A stretch of 64,000 nucleotides of DNA, from IMG/VR virus record IMGVR_UViG_3300025840_000011. One strand, given 5' to 3'. This document shows positions 1 through 9,458 of this stretch, piece by piece (positions within the stretch are counted from its first letter, which is position 1; the number at the start of each line of letters is the position of its first letter). The position numbers and the translations under genes were made by a program. The notes under the pieces are model-generated. The model saw nothing but the letters and a program-made list of their open reading frames with translations, ran no database searches and was not told where the DNA came from. The DNA comes from a virus.

Positions 1-2
1 AT

Positions 3-386
3 GTTCTTATATCCACCGCAGCGTCTGGAGGTGGTACAGTTCTTGCTGATATTGGCGTTATTGGTACAGGAACAACTACTGGTTTGGGTCAAACTCAACT
101 TGCACTTTATACAATACCAGCTGGAAAGACTGGTTATCTCACTACTTGGAACATCGGTGTAGCACCAATGAATAATGCTGTTACAGTGACTTTACTAGCA
201 AGAGAACTAGATGGTAGTACACCATTTAGATCAAAGGATATTGTTGATATCGTAGGCGGATATACTACTCAGAATTATTCAATTCCCTTGCGTTTTCCGG
301 AAAAAACTGATATTGAAGTGAGAGGAACTGGTGACACTGGTTCAGTTATTTCATCTTCTTTTGATGTTATACTAGTAGATAACTAA
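3..386 (+). CDS. C-terminal part of a virion structural/tail-associated protein (5'-truncated by window)
   Basis: Frame is open from nt 3 (VLISTAASGGGTVLADIG...) through the 84..386 ORF; Gly/Thr-rich beta-type sequence. Confidence 0.5.
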   Translation, partial: VLISTAASGGGTVLADIGVIGTGTTTGLGQTQLALYTIPAGKTGYLTTWNIGVAPMNNAVTVTLLARELDGSTPFRSKDIVDIVGGYTTQNYSIPLRFPEKTDIEVRGTGDTGSVISSSFDVILVDN

Positions 387-398
387 ACGAGTTTGTGA

Positions 399-1124
399 AT
401 GATTATATCATATAGTAATGATTTTGTTTTAGTGAGAATACCAAAGACCGCATCGACTACATGTGTAGCGGGACTCTACGATATGGGTGCGGTTGTTGAG
501 TCAGAAGGTGATCTATGTCCGGGCGTGGAAGCGTCTATGGAATATGAGTCCGAAGATTCGACTAGAAGTGGTGTTAACTGGGGAAGTTGGATTACTGGGG
601 TCACTGAAATATTAGATCCCAATATGTACTGCCGCGAAGACCCTAGACACAGACAACTGTATAGACAACATGTCTGGCACACTGGGTTTCATAGGTTGGT
701 TGAAGTTGGATTGGTGGATGAAGATATGCCTTGCGTATCAACAATCCGTCATCCTGTAGATAGGTTCTTATCTATCAATGCATTTCTGGGTAAACACACA
801 CGTGTGCCAGAACGCGATCCCAACAGTACGTGGGATCAATATAAAAACGGAGATGAAGTATTTGGAATGTGGGAGAACATGTTTCGATTACATCAAGACT
901 ACTATGTTCCCGAACATGCCACGTTATGGAACATAGAAAACCTTTACGATTGGATGAAAAGGTTTGCAAAAGAAAAAGGGTTAGTGTATAAAGAACCAAT
1001 CTATTTTAAGAACAACAAGAAGTACAGGACAGTATCGTTGACTTCAGATAGAGAACAGGAAATCTTGGACCACTTTGAAAAAGATTTCTTGTTATGGGAA
1101 CAGGCATTTAGAGAGTTTAACTAA
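399..1124 (+). CDS. Sulfotransferase (Sulfotransfer_2-like)
   Basis: 5'-PSB motif RIPKTASTT and 3'-PB motif IRHPVDRFLS. Confidence 0.75.
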   Translation: MIISYSNDFVLVRIPKTASTTCVAGLYDMGAVVESEGDLCPGVEASMEYESEDSTRSGVNWGSWITGVTEILDPNMYCREDPRHRQLYRQHVWHTGFHRLVEVGLVDEDMPCVSTIRHPVDRFLSINAFLGKHTRVPERDPNSTWDQYKNGDEVFGMWENMFRLHQDYYVPEHATLWNIENLYDWMKRFAKEKGLVYKEPIYFKNNKKYRTVSLTSDREQEILDHFEKDFLLWEQAFREFN

Positions 1125-2347
1125 TGGAAGATTTTTTAGGGTTCATCACAGAACAGAAAAATACTCACATGACTCACATTGAGGACAGGGTTCTTTATGG
1201 TGGAGTCAAGGGTACACGTGAGGCCATCTTCGCACTTCGTAACATGCGAGATATGTTGGCGGGGAAGAAAGAAGGTAAGGTATCTGTGAAGTGGGACGGT
1301 GCACCCGCAATCTTTTGTGGCGAAGACCCCAATGACGGAAAGTTTTTTGTTGCGAAGAAAGGTATCTTTGCGAAGAACCCAAAAATCTATAAGACCGATG
1401 CTGAGATTGATGCTGACATGTCTGGTGACCTTGCAACCAAGATGAAGGCCGCCCTTCGGTATCTACCGGATCTGGGTATCACTGGAGTCATACAGGGAGA
1501 CTTCCTATTTGGGCCAGGCGACATAACCACAAAAACTATTGATGGTACAACGTACAAGGTTTTCCATCCAAACACGATTGTCTATGCAGTTCCGGTTGGT
1601 CAAGCCGGTCCTATCATGTCTGCGAAGATTGGTATTGTGTGGCATACAACCTACACGGGGACTTCGTTTGAAAACATGAGAGCGTCCTACGGTGTGGACG
1701 TATCGAAGTTTAAAAAGTCTACCGCAGTTTGGTCTCAGGACGCAATGTTGCGTGATGTAACCAAGGCGACAATGACCGCCGAAGAGACCGAAGAGGTTAA
1801 CGGATACCTAAGTACTGCGGGTTCGATATTCGCCAGTATCTCTGGTACTACCCTTCGACAACTGGAGGCAGATGAAGAACTCGCAAAGTTGATTGAACAG
1901 TACAACAACACTTTTGTTAGGAGGGGTGCAATCATTGGTGATACTACTCGACACACCAATGGACTGATCAAATGGATCAGGGATAAATTTAAGGCGGAGA
2001 TGGCGAAGAGAAGTTCCGCACGTGGTAAGAAGACCCAACAGGATAAGTTAGATGCAATCATGAAGTTCTTCTCTGCAACGAATAAAACTAACCTAATAAA
2101 AATGTTCGAATTGCAAAAAGTCATTGTTTTAGCGAAACTAAAACTTATAAATAAACTTAATAGACTAAAGTCAATTGATACTTTTGTCCAAACTCGAAAG
2201 GGTTATCAAGTAACCGGAGAAGAAGGTTACGTGGCAATTGACCGTCTTGGTGGTGATGCGGTGAAATTGGTTGATCGTATGGAGTTCTCCTACAACAACT
2301 TTTCACCAGATGTTATTAAGGGATGGGATAAACCAACGAGGAATTAA
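1124..2347 (+). CDS. Conserved T4-like protein with nucleic-acid ligase/nucleotidyltransferase motifs (DUF6267-like), probable internal head protein
   Basis: KWDG (motif I), IQGDFLF (III), EEGYV (IV), VKLVDR (V); N-terminus MEDFLGFITE. Confidence 0.65.
   Translation: MEDFLGFITEQKNTHMTHIEDRVLYGGVKGTREAIFALRNMRDMLAGKKEGKVSVKWDGAPAIFCGEDPNDGKFFVAKKGIFAKNPKIYKTDAEIDADMSGDLATKMKAALRYLPDLGITGVIQGDFLFGPGDITTKTIDGTTYKVFHPNTIVYAVPVGQAGPIMSAKIGIVWHTTYTGTSFENMRASYGVDVSKFKKSTAVWSQDAMLRDVTKATMTAEETEEVNGYLSTAGSIFASISGTTLRQLEADEELAKLIEQYNNTFVRRGAIIGDTTRHTNGLIKWIRDKFKAEMAKRSSARGKKTQQDKLDAIMKFFSATNKTNLIKMFELQKVIVLAKLKLINKLNRLKSIDTFVQTRKGYQVTGEEGYVAIDRLGGDAVKLVDRMEFSYNNFSPDVIKGWDKPTRN
2146..2153 (+). promoter_or_regulatory. 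T4-type late promoter (intragenic)
   Basis: TATAAATA about 200 nt upstream of the 2351 ORF. Confidence 0.45.
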
Positions 2348-2350
2348 ACG

Positions 2351-2800
2351 ATGGCGAAGCCATTAGGATTTAAACAATTCGTATCTACAGATACTACTAT
2401 GTCTGGTGATGACGAACTCGCATATCAAGCGAAGAAACGTCGAGGACATATTCCTACAGGGAACACAGGTGAGGCAGTAGATATGCAGACCCGCCGCAAG
2501 ATGGCGCGGGCGATGAAAAAGAATAAGGCGAAAATCGCAATGGGTCGTAAACGTGCGGCCCGCAAGATTGCAAATCAAGAAGTCCTTATGAAACGGGCCC
2601 GCAAGGCGGCACGTAACGCATTCGCAAAGAAAATCACAAAGAACCTTTCTAAGTCTGACTTGACCTATGCACGGCGTCAAGAGATTGAGAAGCGTCTAGA
2701 TAAAATGAAACCAAAGATTGACAAACTTGCGAGAAAACTCCTACCCCAAATGAGGAAGAAGGAACTCGAAAGGAAGCGTGGCGGAAACAAAGATGATTAA
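2351..2800 (+). CDS. Highly basic protein, probable internal head/DNA-binding protein
   Basis: K/R-rich helical sequence; FKQF-type N-terminus. Confidence 0.6.
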   Translation: MAKPLGFKQFVSTDTTMSGDDELAYQAKKRRGHIPTGNTGEAVDMQTRRKMARAMKKNKAKIAMGRKRAARKIANQEVLMKRARKAARNAFAKKITKNLSKSDLTYARRQEIEKRLDKMKPKIDKLARKLLPQMRKKELERKRGGNKDD

Positions 2801-4283
2801 GAATTTCTCACAATATCTGGTCGAAGAGGAACGTGAAGTTTATTTTACCTTTGGTAGAATGAACCCGCCTACTATCGGTCACGGTAAAGTGATGGATACC
2901 CTTGCAACCAAATCAGGCAAGGCAGACTACAAGGTATATCTGTCTCAGGTGTCCAATCCAAAGAAAGACCCCCTCTCATATTCAGACAAAGTTAAACACG
3001 TCCGTAAGATGTTTCCTACACACGCACGTAGTGTTATGATCGACAAGAACGTTAAGAACGTATTCGACGTTGCCTCTAGACTTTACGATCAGGGATACAA
3101 GAAGGTTACGATGGTTGTCGGTGATGACCGTGTGCGTGAGTTCGAAGTACTCCTGAACAAGTACAATGGTACGAAGGCGCGTCACGGGTTCTACAACTTC
3201 CAGTCAATCAGAGTTGTGTCTGCGGGTAAACGCGATCCGGATGCGGAAGGTGTGGAAGGTATGTCCGCATCGAAACAGCGTGAGAACGCATCCAAGAACG
3301 ATTTCGTTACCTTCGCACAAGGCGTACCCAAGTCCATGTCTAACAAGGACGCACGTAAACTATTCAATGACGTGCGTAAGGGTATGGGTCTCAAAGAAGA
3401 GCGTTCGTTCAAGAACCATGTTGAACTCGTTCCTGTTTCCGAAACAAGAGAACAGTATGTTCAGGGAGAACTATATGGTATCGGCGATCAAGTCGTTATC
3501 AAAGAAACTGATGAAGTGGGTACAGTCTCAATGCTCGGGGCCAATTATGTTATCGTCGAACGCACAGATGGCACTCGACTACGCAAATGGTTGGATGCAG
3601 TCGAACTCGTCGAAAAAGGATCAGGAAAGAATCAAGACCCTGACATTAAAGACAGAGAGGGAACCCAACCCGCAAGGTATCACGCAGGACTAGAAAAGTC
3701 CACCAAGGCGAAAAGAGACGCACACTTCAAGAAACACGGTAAGAAAGACGATGATGATGCTTCTGCCTACAAACCCGCGCCTGGCGATAAGACCGCCAAG
3801 ACTAAACCTTCTAAGTACACCAAGGCGTTCAAGGACATGTACGATGAAGATTCTTGGGACAGGTACAAAAAGGATCTGGATGAGATGCCACGTTGGATGA
3901 TAGACGCTATTGGTGATAAGGTTAATCCAAAAACTTACAAGGCCGCTCTAGATACTCTCAAAGACGTTGTGACTCGTAAGAAGAAAGAGTCTGGTGGTAA
4001 ACTCAGACATGACGTTGGGTATTATGCCGCCACTATTGGAAGACAATACAATGGTGTTGATGCGAGAGTGTTGGCGCGCCTCTACAAGAAATCTGTTACC
4101 GAAGTCGCCGCACCTCGTGGGTCAGATCCAGTAGTTATTGCGAAGGCGAGGATCCGTAGAGAGAAGGATGCAGATCGTAAGAAACACGATAGACTTCTCG
4201 ACACCGCAAGGTCCGCAAAAGCCCGTGCATCTAATGCAAACCGTAGTGCAAGAACACAGTCTAAGAACAGGAACACACAATGA
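2793..4283 (+). CDS. HxGH cytidylyltransferase-like protein with appended C-terminal modules
   Basis: FGRMNPPTIGH, VVGDDRV, SAGKRD, MSASK; ATG at 2793 gives MIKNFSQYLVEEE. Confidence 0.8.
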   Translation: MIKNFSQYLVEEEREVYFTFGRMNPPTIGHGKVMDTLATKSGKADYKVYLSQVSNPKKDPLSYSDKVKHVRKMFPTHARSVMIDKNVKNVFDVASRLYDQGYKKVTMVVGDDRVREFEVLLNKYNGTKARHGFYNFQSIRVVSAGKRDPDAEGVEGMSASKQRENASKNDFVTFAQGVPKSMSNKDARKLFNDVRKGMGLKEERSFKNHVELVPVSETREQYVQGELYGIGDQVVIKETDEVGTVSMLGANYVIVERTDGTRLRKWLDAVELVEKGSGKNQDPDIKDREGTQPARYHAGLEKSTKAKRDAHFKKHGKKDDDDASAYKPAPGDKTAKTKPSKYTKAFKDMYDEDSWDRYKKDLDEMPRWMIDAIGDKVNPKTYKAALDTLKDVVTRKKKESGGKLRHDVGYYAATIGRQYNGVDARVLARLYKKSVTEVAAPRGSDPVVIAKARIRREKDADRKKHDRLLDTARSAKARASNANRSARTQSKNRNTQ

Positions 4284-4528
4284 GACGTTACTCTCTTTGG
4301 GATAGTTTAGGTAGTTTGGAAGAAGGTCCGGATGGTATCGCCGCGAAGGCGAAGAAGTCTGGTATCTCTCCTAAAACACTTAAGAAAGTTTATAATCGTG
4401 GGGTTGCCGCATGGAAGACCGGACACCGGCCTGGGACAACACCGCAACAGTGGGGGATGGCGCGAGTGAATGCGTTCATCGTTAAAAAGAAAAAGGGCAC
4501 ATTAAATCACGATAAGGATCTCGCATGA
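4280..4528 (+). CDS. Small conserved viral protein (DUF5824-like)
   Basis: KKVYNRGVAAWKTGHRPGTTPQQWGMARVN motif. Confidence 0.65.
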   Translation: MRRYSLWDSLGSLEEGPDGIAAKAKKSGISPKTLKKVYNRGVAAWKTGHRPGTTPQQWGMARVNAFIVKKKKGTLNHDKDLA

Positions 4529-6174
4529 TTAATTTTAAAGAGTTGCGGGAGAAGACTCTGACCCCCGCAGAGAAAAAGAAAAGAGAAGAGATTGCGAAGG
4601 CAATTGAGAAAGACGATCCTAAGATGTCGATGGACAAGAAGATGGCCATCGCTACTGCGACTGCGAAAAGAGTTGCAGAGGGTTTCACTCCTAAAGAAAT
4701 CAAGATGGCAATCGGTGTTGCATCTGATAAACGATATGCGGGTGGTAACTACTCTGGTGCGGTCAAGGCAATCGAAAAGATCAAGAAGGGTCTATCTAAA
4801 CATAGTCAAGTAGCGGCAGTTCTCCGAAGACAGAATGAGTCAACAGAACTTGTTTCTGAAGCGGTAGACTACTTCAAGGTCGCAAAGGCATTCGATGACT
4901 ATGCAAAGAAGCATGGTGGTATCGACAAGAAGGACTTCATGAAGGTCGGTCAGTTTGTACGTCAACTTGGTAAAGAGTCGGACGTGAACAAACAGGACAA
5001 AACGTTCGTAGCGATGAAGAAGTTTATTGGTGCAATGGACACTGACCCCCGTGATGGCGTAATCCAAATCTTGCAGAAGCATGGTATGTGGAAGGGTGGT
5101 CGGATCATGCGTGAAGAAAAGGAAGGTATTTCTTTCTTTTCGTTGAGAGAAAAGAGAGATGCTGGTAAGTCTGCGACTGGGTATGACATTTATCACGATA
5201 CGTATTCTGCGGCAATGCAACATGCATATGCACACGCCAAGAAGAAACATGGTGTGACCGTTCGTCCTAGTGAGATCGACGATAAGGTCGCAACCGGACC
5301 TAAGAAACCGTCCACTGGTAAGACCGTAAAACATATTCTCAAAACAGACTCTAAGAAAAACCTTCACGTTCAGGTGTACAACACTGGTCGTAAGTACGAG
5401 TTGAATATGTACGTTGAGTCAGTAGAACTCAACGAGGCGGTTGCGATGCCTCGCAAACAGTTTGATACTCTGAGGAAGGGTGACAAGGTTACTATCACTT
5501 ATGACTCATCGATCCGTAAGGGTACAACTACAACCTTCGTTGTGAAGGGTAAGTCACGTAGTGCCAAGTACAACGTAGATAAGGTCACCATGCACCCCGA
5601 AGGTAAACCATCCGGAATGAAGTATTACCTCTACAGTAGAGATGGTAAGGACGCAACACTTGCACTGGGTGACATGGGTGCAACCATGACTAAGATTGTC
5701 AAGGAGGCGGTATCACCCGCACAACAGGCAGCGATTGCAATCTCTAAGAAAGAGAAGGGTGAGAAACCCGTGAAAGAAGAGAAGGTCGAATGTCCTAAGT
5801 GTAAGGGTGATGGTTGTTCTCATTGTGATAACAAGGGTTATCACGTCGAGAGTGCACGTTCTATGGCGATGCGAGATATCTCTAGAGACAAAGACTTCCA
5901 AGACAAAGATGATGAGAAGGATGTCAAGGCAACCGATGATGACCGCAAGGCCGCAGACAAGAATATCATCATGCAGATCCGTAGAGTCTCAGATCTACCA
6001 AAGGGTGGGACTCTAGAATTCAAGGACGGTAAGAAGGTGAAGATTAGTCAGAAAATTGCAAAACAAATCTCTGACAAGTTCAACAGTATACGCAAACCGC
6101 AGGACAAGAAGAAGTTCCAAGACATGGCGCAGACTTCCATGAACGGACTCAAACAGGCACTAAGGATCCGATAA
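4525..6174 (+). CDS. Modular basic protein, putative protease-processed internal polyprotein
   Basis: MINFKELRE N-terminus; unrelated modules separated by (L/V/I/M)xE(E) linkers; CxxCxGxGCxxC finger. Confidence 0.6.
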   Translation: MINFKELREKTLTPAEKKKREEIAKAIEKDDPKMSMDKKMAIATATAKRVAEGFTPKEIKMAIGVASDKRYAGGNYSGAVKAIEKIKKGLSKHSQVAAVLRRQNESTELVSEAVDYFKVAKAFDDYAKKHGGIDKKDFMKVGQFVRQLGKESDVNKQDKTFVAMKKFIGAMDTDPRDGVIQILQKHGMWKGGRIMREEKEGISFFSLREKRDAGKSATGYDIYHDTYSAAMQHAYAHAKKKHGVTVRPSEIDDKVATGPKKPSTGKTVKHILKTDSKKNLHVQVYNTGRKYELNMYVESVELNEAVAMPRKQFDTLRKGDKVTITYDSSIRKGTTTTFVVKGKSRSAKYNVDKVTMHPEGKPSGMKYYLYSRDGKDATLALGDMGATMTKIVKEAVSPAQQAAIAISKKEKGEKPVKEEKVECPKCKGDGCSHCDNKGYHVESARSMAMRDISRDKDFQDKDDEKDVKATDDDRKAADKNIIMQIRRVSDLPKGGTLEFKDGKKVKISQKIAKQISDKFNSIRKPQDKKKFQDMAQTSMNGLKQALRIR

Positions 6175-6374
6175 TGAACACCATCGATCAGATCAAAGAC
6201 ATCGTAAAGACCAAAGGCGCCAAGAAGGTAGATGGAGTCATGATTGATCTATTTACCGCATCTGCAATTTCTCAGATTTATGACAAGGTGAACGATGCCA
6301 ATAAACAAAAGATGCAGAAGATGAAGGCGACTCAACTCGCCAACGCTGCATACAAGATTATGCAGAGAAAGTAA
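6174..6374 (+). CDS. Small conserved protein, prohead-core-like
   Basis: DGVMIDLFTASAISQIYDKVNDANKQKM; coupled start/stop overlaps on both sides. Confidence 0.5.
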   Translation: MNTIDQIKDIVKTKGAKKVDGVMIDLFTASAISQIYDKVNDANKQKMQKMKATQLANAAYKIMQRK

Positions 6375-6892
6375 TGAAGACATTCAACGAACATTGCGAG
6401 TGTGGTTCTCACTCCGATCTTGTAGAGAACAATATATACAGAGTTGGTTCTGAGATGTACTTCGCATACTGGAGAGACATCCGCGAACAGTGGAAGAAGG
6501 GCGAGGTCACAGTCAACCCATCTGAGGTGGACATTATGGAATCTGACCTTGGTAATTTTGGAGTGTATGATGGCCAGAACGTTGCGTTGGACTGTATCTT
6601 CGAAGAGGGGGATAAGAAGACCCCCGAACTTAACAAACCAAAGGCGGGGGGCCCGAAGAAGTACTACGTCTACGTTAAAGACCCTTCGACGGGAAATATC
6701 AAGAAGGTATCTTGGGGTGACACTACAGGACTCAAGGTCAAGTTGAATGACCCCGCTGCACGTAAATCATTCGCTGCGCGACACAAGTGTGCACAACAAA
6801 ACGATAAGACGAAGGCCGCCTACTGGGCATGTCGCCTTCCCCGTTATGCAAAACAATTGGGGTTGAGTGGTGGCGGATCGTTCTTCTGGTAA
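6374..6892 (+). CDS. Conserved viral protein (DUF6321-like), probable internal head protein
   Basis: MKTFNEHCE N-terminus; KVSWGD...RKSFAARHKC...AYWAC motif. Confidence 0.65.
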   Translation: MKTFNEHCECGSHSDLVENNIYRVGSEMYFAYWRDIREQWKKGEVTVNPSEVDIMESDLGNFGVYDGQNVALDCIFEEGDKKTPELNKPKAGGPKKYYVYVKDPSTGNIKKVSWGDTTGLKVKLNDPAARKSFAARHKCAQQNDKTKAAYWACRLPRYAKQLGLSGGGSFFW

Positions 6893-7154
6893 ACCCTACG
6901 TAGATTTCAAGATGATGAACGGAGACACCCTTCGTTTATTTCGAAAGGAAATATGTGAGGAAGATTTAATTTGGCATCGTGATCTGCATGATCGTGATGT
7001 TAAAGTAGAAGACTGTGTTGGATGGAAATTCCAACTGGACAACGAGTTACCTGTCGATTTAAATATCGGCGACAGGTTTAGGATTCCAAAGATGACCTAT
7101 CATCGTGTTATAAAAGGTGATAGTGACCTTCTTTTGAGAATAAGAGATATATAA
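6867..7154 (+). CDS. Cupin-like small protein
   Basis: WHRD...IPKMTYHRVIKG His pattern. Confidence 0.55.
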   Translation: MVADRSSGKPYVDFKMMNGDTLRLFRKEICEEDLIWHRDLHDRDVKVEDCVGWKFQLDNELPVDLNIGDRFRIPKMTYHRVIKGDSDLLLRIRDI

Positions 7155-7157
7155 ATA
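7150..7157 (+). promoter_or_regulatory. T4-type late promoter
   Basis: TATAAATA upstream of 7194 ORF. Confidence 0.7.
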
Positions 7158-7193
7158 GATGTAGCAACTAACGTTTATTTCTATGGGGCGAAC

Positions 7194-7481
7194 ATGGCAA
7201 CACGAATAACACAATCTCAACGGTTAGACCGCATTGAAGACAAGATTGATAAACTGTCTGATGCGATGATTTCTATTGCGAGAGCGGAAGAGAAGTTGAT
7301 TGCAATAGAGAATAACAATCACGCTAACTACGATAGGATGAATCGATTCTCTCAGAAGTTAGATGAGTTAACCGTTAAGGTTGATGACAACGCTCGCACT
7401 GTCACGATTGTCAATAGGGTTGCGTTAGTTATCGGTACTGCGATAGTAGGTGCCATTATTAAATTTTTCTGGTTCATGTAA
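7194..7481 (+). CDS. Coiled-coil protein with C-terminal TM helix (holin/XhlA-like candidate)
   Basis: Heptad N-terminus, hydrophobic VALVIGTAIVGAIIKFFWFM. Confidence 0.45.
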   Translation: MATRITQSQRLDRIEDKIDKLSDAMISIARAEEKLIAIENNNHANYDRMNRFSQKLDELTVKVDDNARTVTIVNRVALVIGTAIVGAIIKFFWFM

Positions 7482-7492
7482 CGGAGACTACC

Positions 7493-8122
7493 ATGAGAAC
7501 TGAAGACATTAAAAGACTGGCAGAGGCATGGCAAGAAGTTGTCTCTGAAAAGAAATTAGATCCAGTCGATGACAAAGAGAACGATAAAAAGTTCAAAGAT
7601 CGTAAGGACAAAGACATCGACAATGATGGCGATGTGGATGATTCTGACGAATACCTTCACAAGAGACGCGCCGCTACCGACGATGCAATTGATGCACGTG
7701 ACGGTAAGAAGGACGATGATGAGGGTGATGAGAAAGAAGACCCCAAGAAGAAAAAGAAGGTCGCAGGGAATGACGGTGAGAAGACTGCCGAGATTTCTAA
7801 GATCGGTGAGAAGAAACACACCGTAAAGAAAGAAGACGTTGATGTATTGATCGACGCCCTCGAAGAAGCGTCCAAGAAAGATCAGACTAAAGGTGCAACC
7901 GAACCCGAAGGTATCATGGATAAGGAATCACCCAAGTCCAAAGAGTTCGCTGACAAACATAAAGTCGATGTTAAGAAACATGACGATCTGGAGAAGATTG
8001 TCCCTAACCCCAAAGTAAAGGTTAAGGAAGACAATCGTTCGTATCAACAGAAGATCATGGACATCCTGAATGGGAAGTCTTGGTCTGAGATCGCACAAGA
8101 AGTAGATCAAGTCGAGGATTAA
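7493..8122 (+). CDS. Highly charged conserved protein, probable prohead core/internal protein
   Basis: DIDNDGDVDDSDEYLHKRR motif; D/E/K-rich. Confidence 0.55.
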   Translation: MRTEDIKRLAEAWQEVVSEKKLDPVDDKENDKKFKDRKDKDIDNDGDVDDSDEYLHKRRAATDDAIDARDGKKDDDEGDEKEDPKKKKKVAGNDGEKTAEISKIGEKKHTVKKEDVDVLIDALEEASKKDQTKGATEPEGIMDKESPKSKEFADKHKVDVKKHDDLEKIVPNPKVKVKEDNRSYQQKIMDILNGKSWSEIAQEVDQVED

Positions 8123-8124
8123 AA

Positions 8125-8439
8125 ATGGTGTCACCTCCTAACTGGTGCCGAAATGCGGTGCCTACTACTCGTGGTTGGATTGATCCTACTACTGGGGAAC
8201 TTTTGAAATCACAACGTATGACTCTGGGTGAGATTGAAGATTATCTGGGTCAACGTACTGGTCCGGTTGTAACGGAACAGGTGGTTCATGAGGAACCTCA
8301 GATGTTGCATGAGGCGCCTGTGGGTAACAAGTCTCTTGAAGACATGACCAAGGCAGAACTACTCGCACTGGGAGAACAAACCGGAGTACAAGTAAGTAAG
8401 TGGGAATCTAAATCTGTGTTGATTGAAAAGTTGTTGTAA
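8125..8439 (+). CDS. Hypothetical protein with C-terminal HeH/Rho-N-like helical motif
   Basis: RGWIDPTTGELL N-domain; LEDMTKAELLALG...KSVLIEKL. Confidence 0.5.
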   Translation: MVSPPNWCRNAVPTTRGWIDPTTGELLKSQRMTLGEIEDYLGQRTGPVVTEQVVHEEPQMLHEAPVGNKSLEDMTKAELLALGEQTGVQVSKWESKSVLIEKLL

Positions 8440-8484
8440 CCCCTATATAAGGGATAGAATTAATTTATCCCACACAGGTATATT

Positions 8485-8859
8485 ATGGATTTAGAACTTA
8501 CACCGAACAATGTTGTTTTGTATGCAGCGAAGAACTACTATACTCCGAACTGCATTGACAGTGAACAGTTCTTCGAAGACCTGAAACGGTTCAAATATGT
8601 TAAACGTCTCCTGAACCGTTACAGAGACTCCGGAGAACTCTCAGAGAGATTGATCTTGAATCATCTCATTGTAATCTTTAATGTGTTCGGGATAAGTGCC
8701 GGACTGAAGATATTAGAATTAAAAATCGACGAGGAACATTGGCCTGCACTCAAACCTTTTCTAATTTTCCTTAAGTCGATTGACTACGATGGTTATCCAG
8801 ACGTTATAATGGATGACCTCGCAGTACAAAGGTTAAGAGAAATTAAGAGGATCACATAA
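8485..8859 (+). CDS. Conserved T4-like hypothetical protein
   Basis: FEDLKRFKYVKRLL...ERLILNHLIVIFNVFG. Confidence 0.6.
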   Translation: MDLELTPNNVVLYAAKNYYTPNCIDSEQFFEDLKRFKYVKRLLNRYRDSGELSERLILNHLIVIFNVFGISAGLKILELKIDEEHWPALKPFLIFLKSIDYDGYPDVIMDDLAVQRLREIKRIT

Positions 8860-9458
8860 TGGGAATTCTAAAAAGTGCTGCCGATCTGGTCTACACGATT
8901 AGATTCCTAAAACTCCTTGTAACCAAGTGGGAAGATACTGGTGCATACAAGGCGGGTATTATCAACTCAGACGGTTCTCGTAACAAAGATTTCAACACAA
9001 ATTCTATGGACGATAGGAAAGCGTATGAGGAACATTATACGATGTTCCATCGTCTTGTCTACAACATCAAAAGACTTATGACCAAAGTTCCTGGCGGACA
9101 ATCCGTGGTTGCACGGTATGGTGCCGCACTTCTATTGATCAAGGAACATGGTGAACTGTCTGATGATCAGATTGAAAAGATACACAAGGAGACTGGAATA
9201 GACATCCTTGATGTACTCTCTGAGGAAACTCAGTGGTTCATGATTGAAGGGGATCACCTCTCGCCTGGCGTGTATAGAATGAAGAACGATAGTATGACCT
9301 GTTTGGGTCATGAGTCCGTTGAACGTGGAGACCAGATAAGAGTCGAAGAGGAGTGCAATGGTCCCATAGATGAAATTCTTGGTTTGAAAATATATCAGGC
9401 TACACATCTTAAAACTCGTCAACGCATATATATTTCTACCGGAGAAATTCTTAGATGA
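8859..9458 (+). CDS. Conserved T4-like hypothetical protein
   Basis: DLVYTIRFLKLLVTKWEDTGAYKAGII; coupled to previous ORF. Confidence 0.6.
   Translation: MGILKSAADLVYTIRFLKLLVTKWEDTGAYKAGIINSDGSRNKDFNTNSMDDRKAYEEHYTMFHRLVYNIKRLMTKVPGGQSVVARYGAALLLIKEHGELSDDQIEKIHKETGIDILDVLSEETQWFMIEGDHLSPGVYRMKNDSMTCLGHESVERGDQIRVEEECNGPIDEILGLKIYQATHLKTRQRIYISTGEILR

Noticed and set aside
8440-8472. CCCTATATAAGGG and GGGATA...TATCCC palindromes as ncRNA
   Set aside because: Short; adequately explained by a variant late promoter and small leader hairpin
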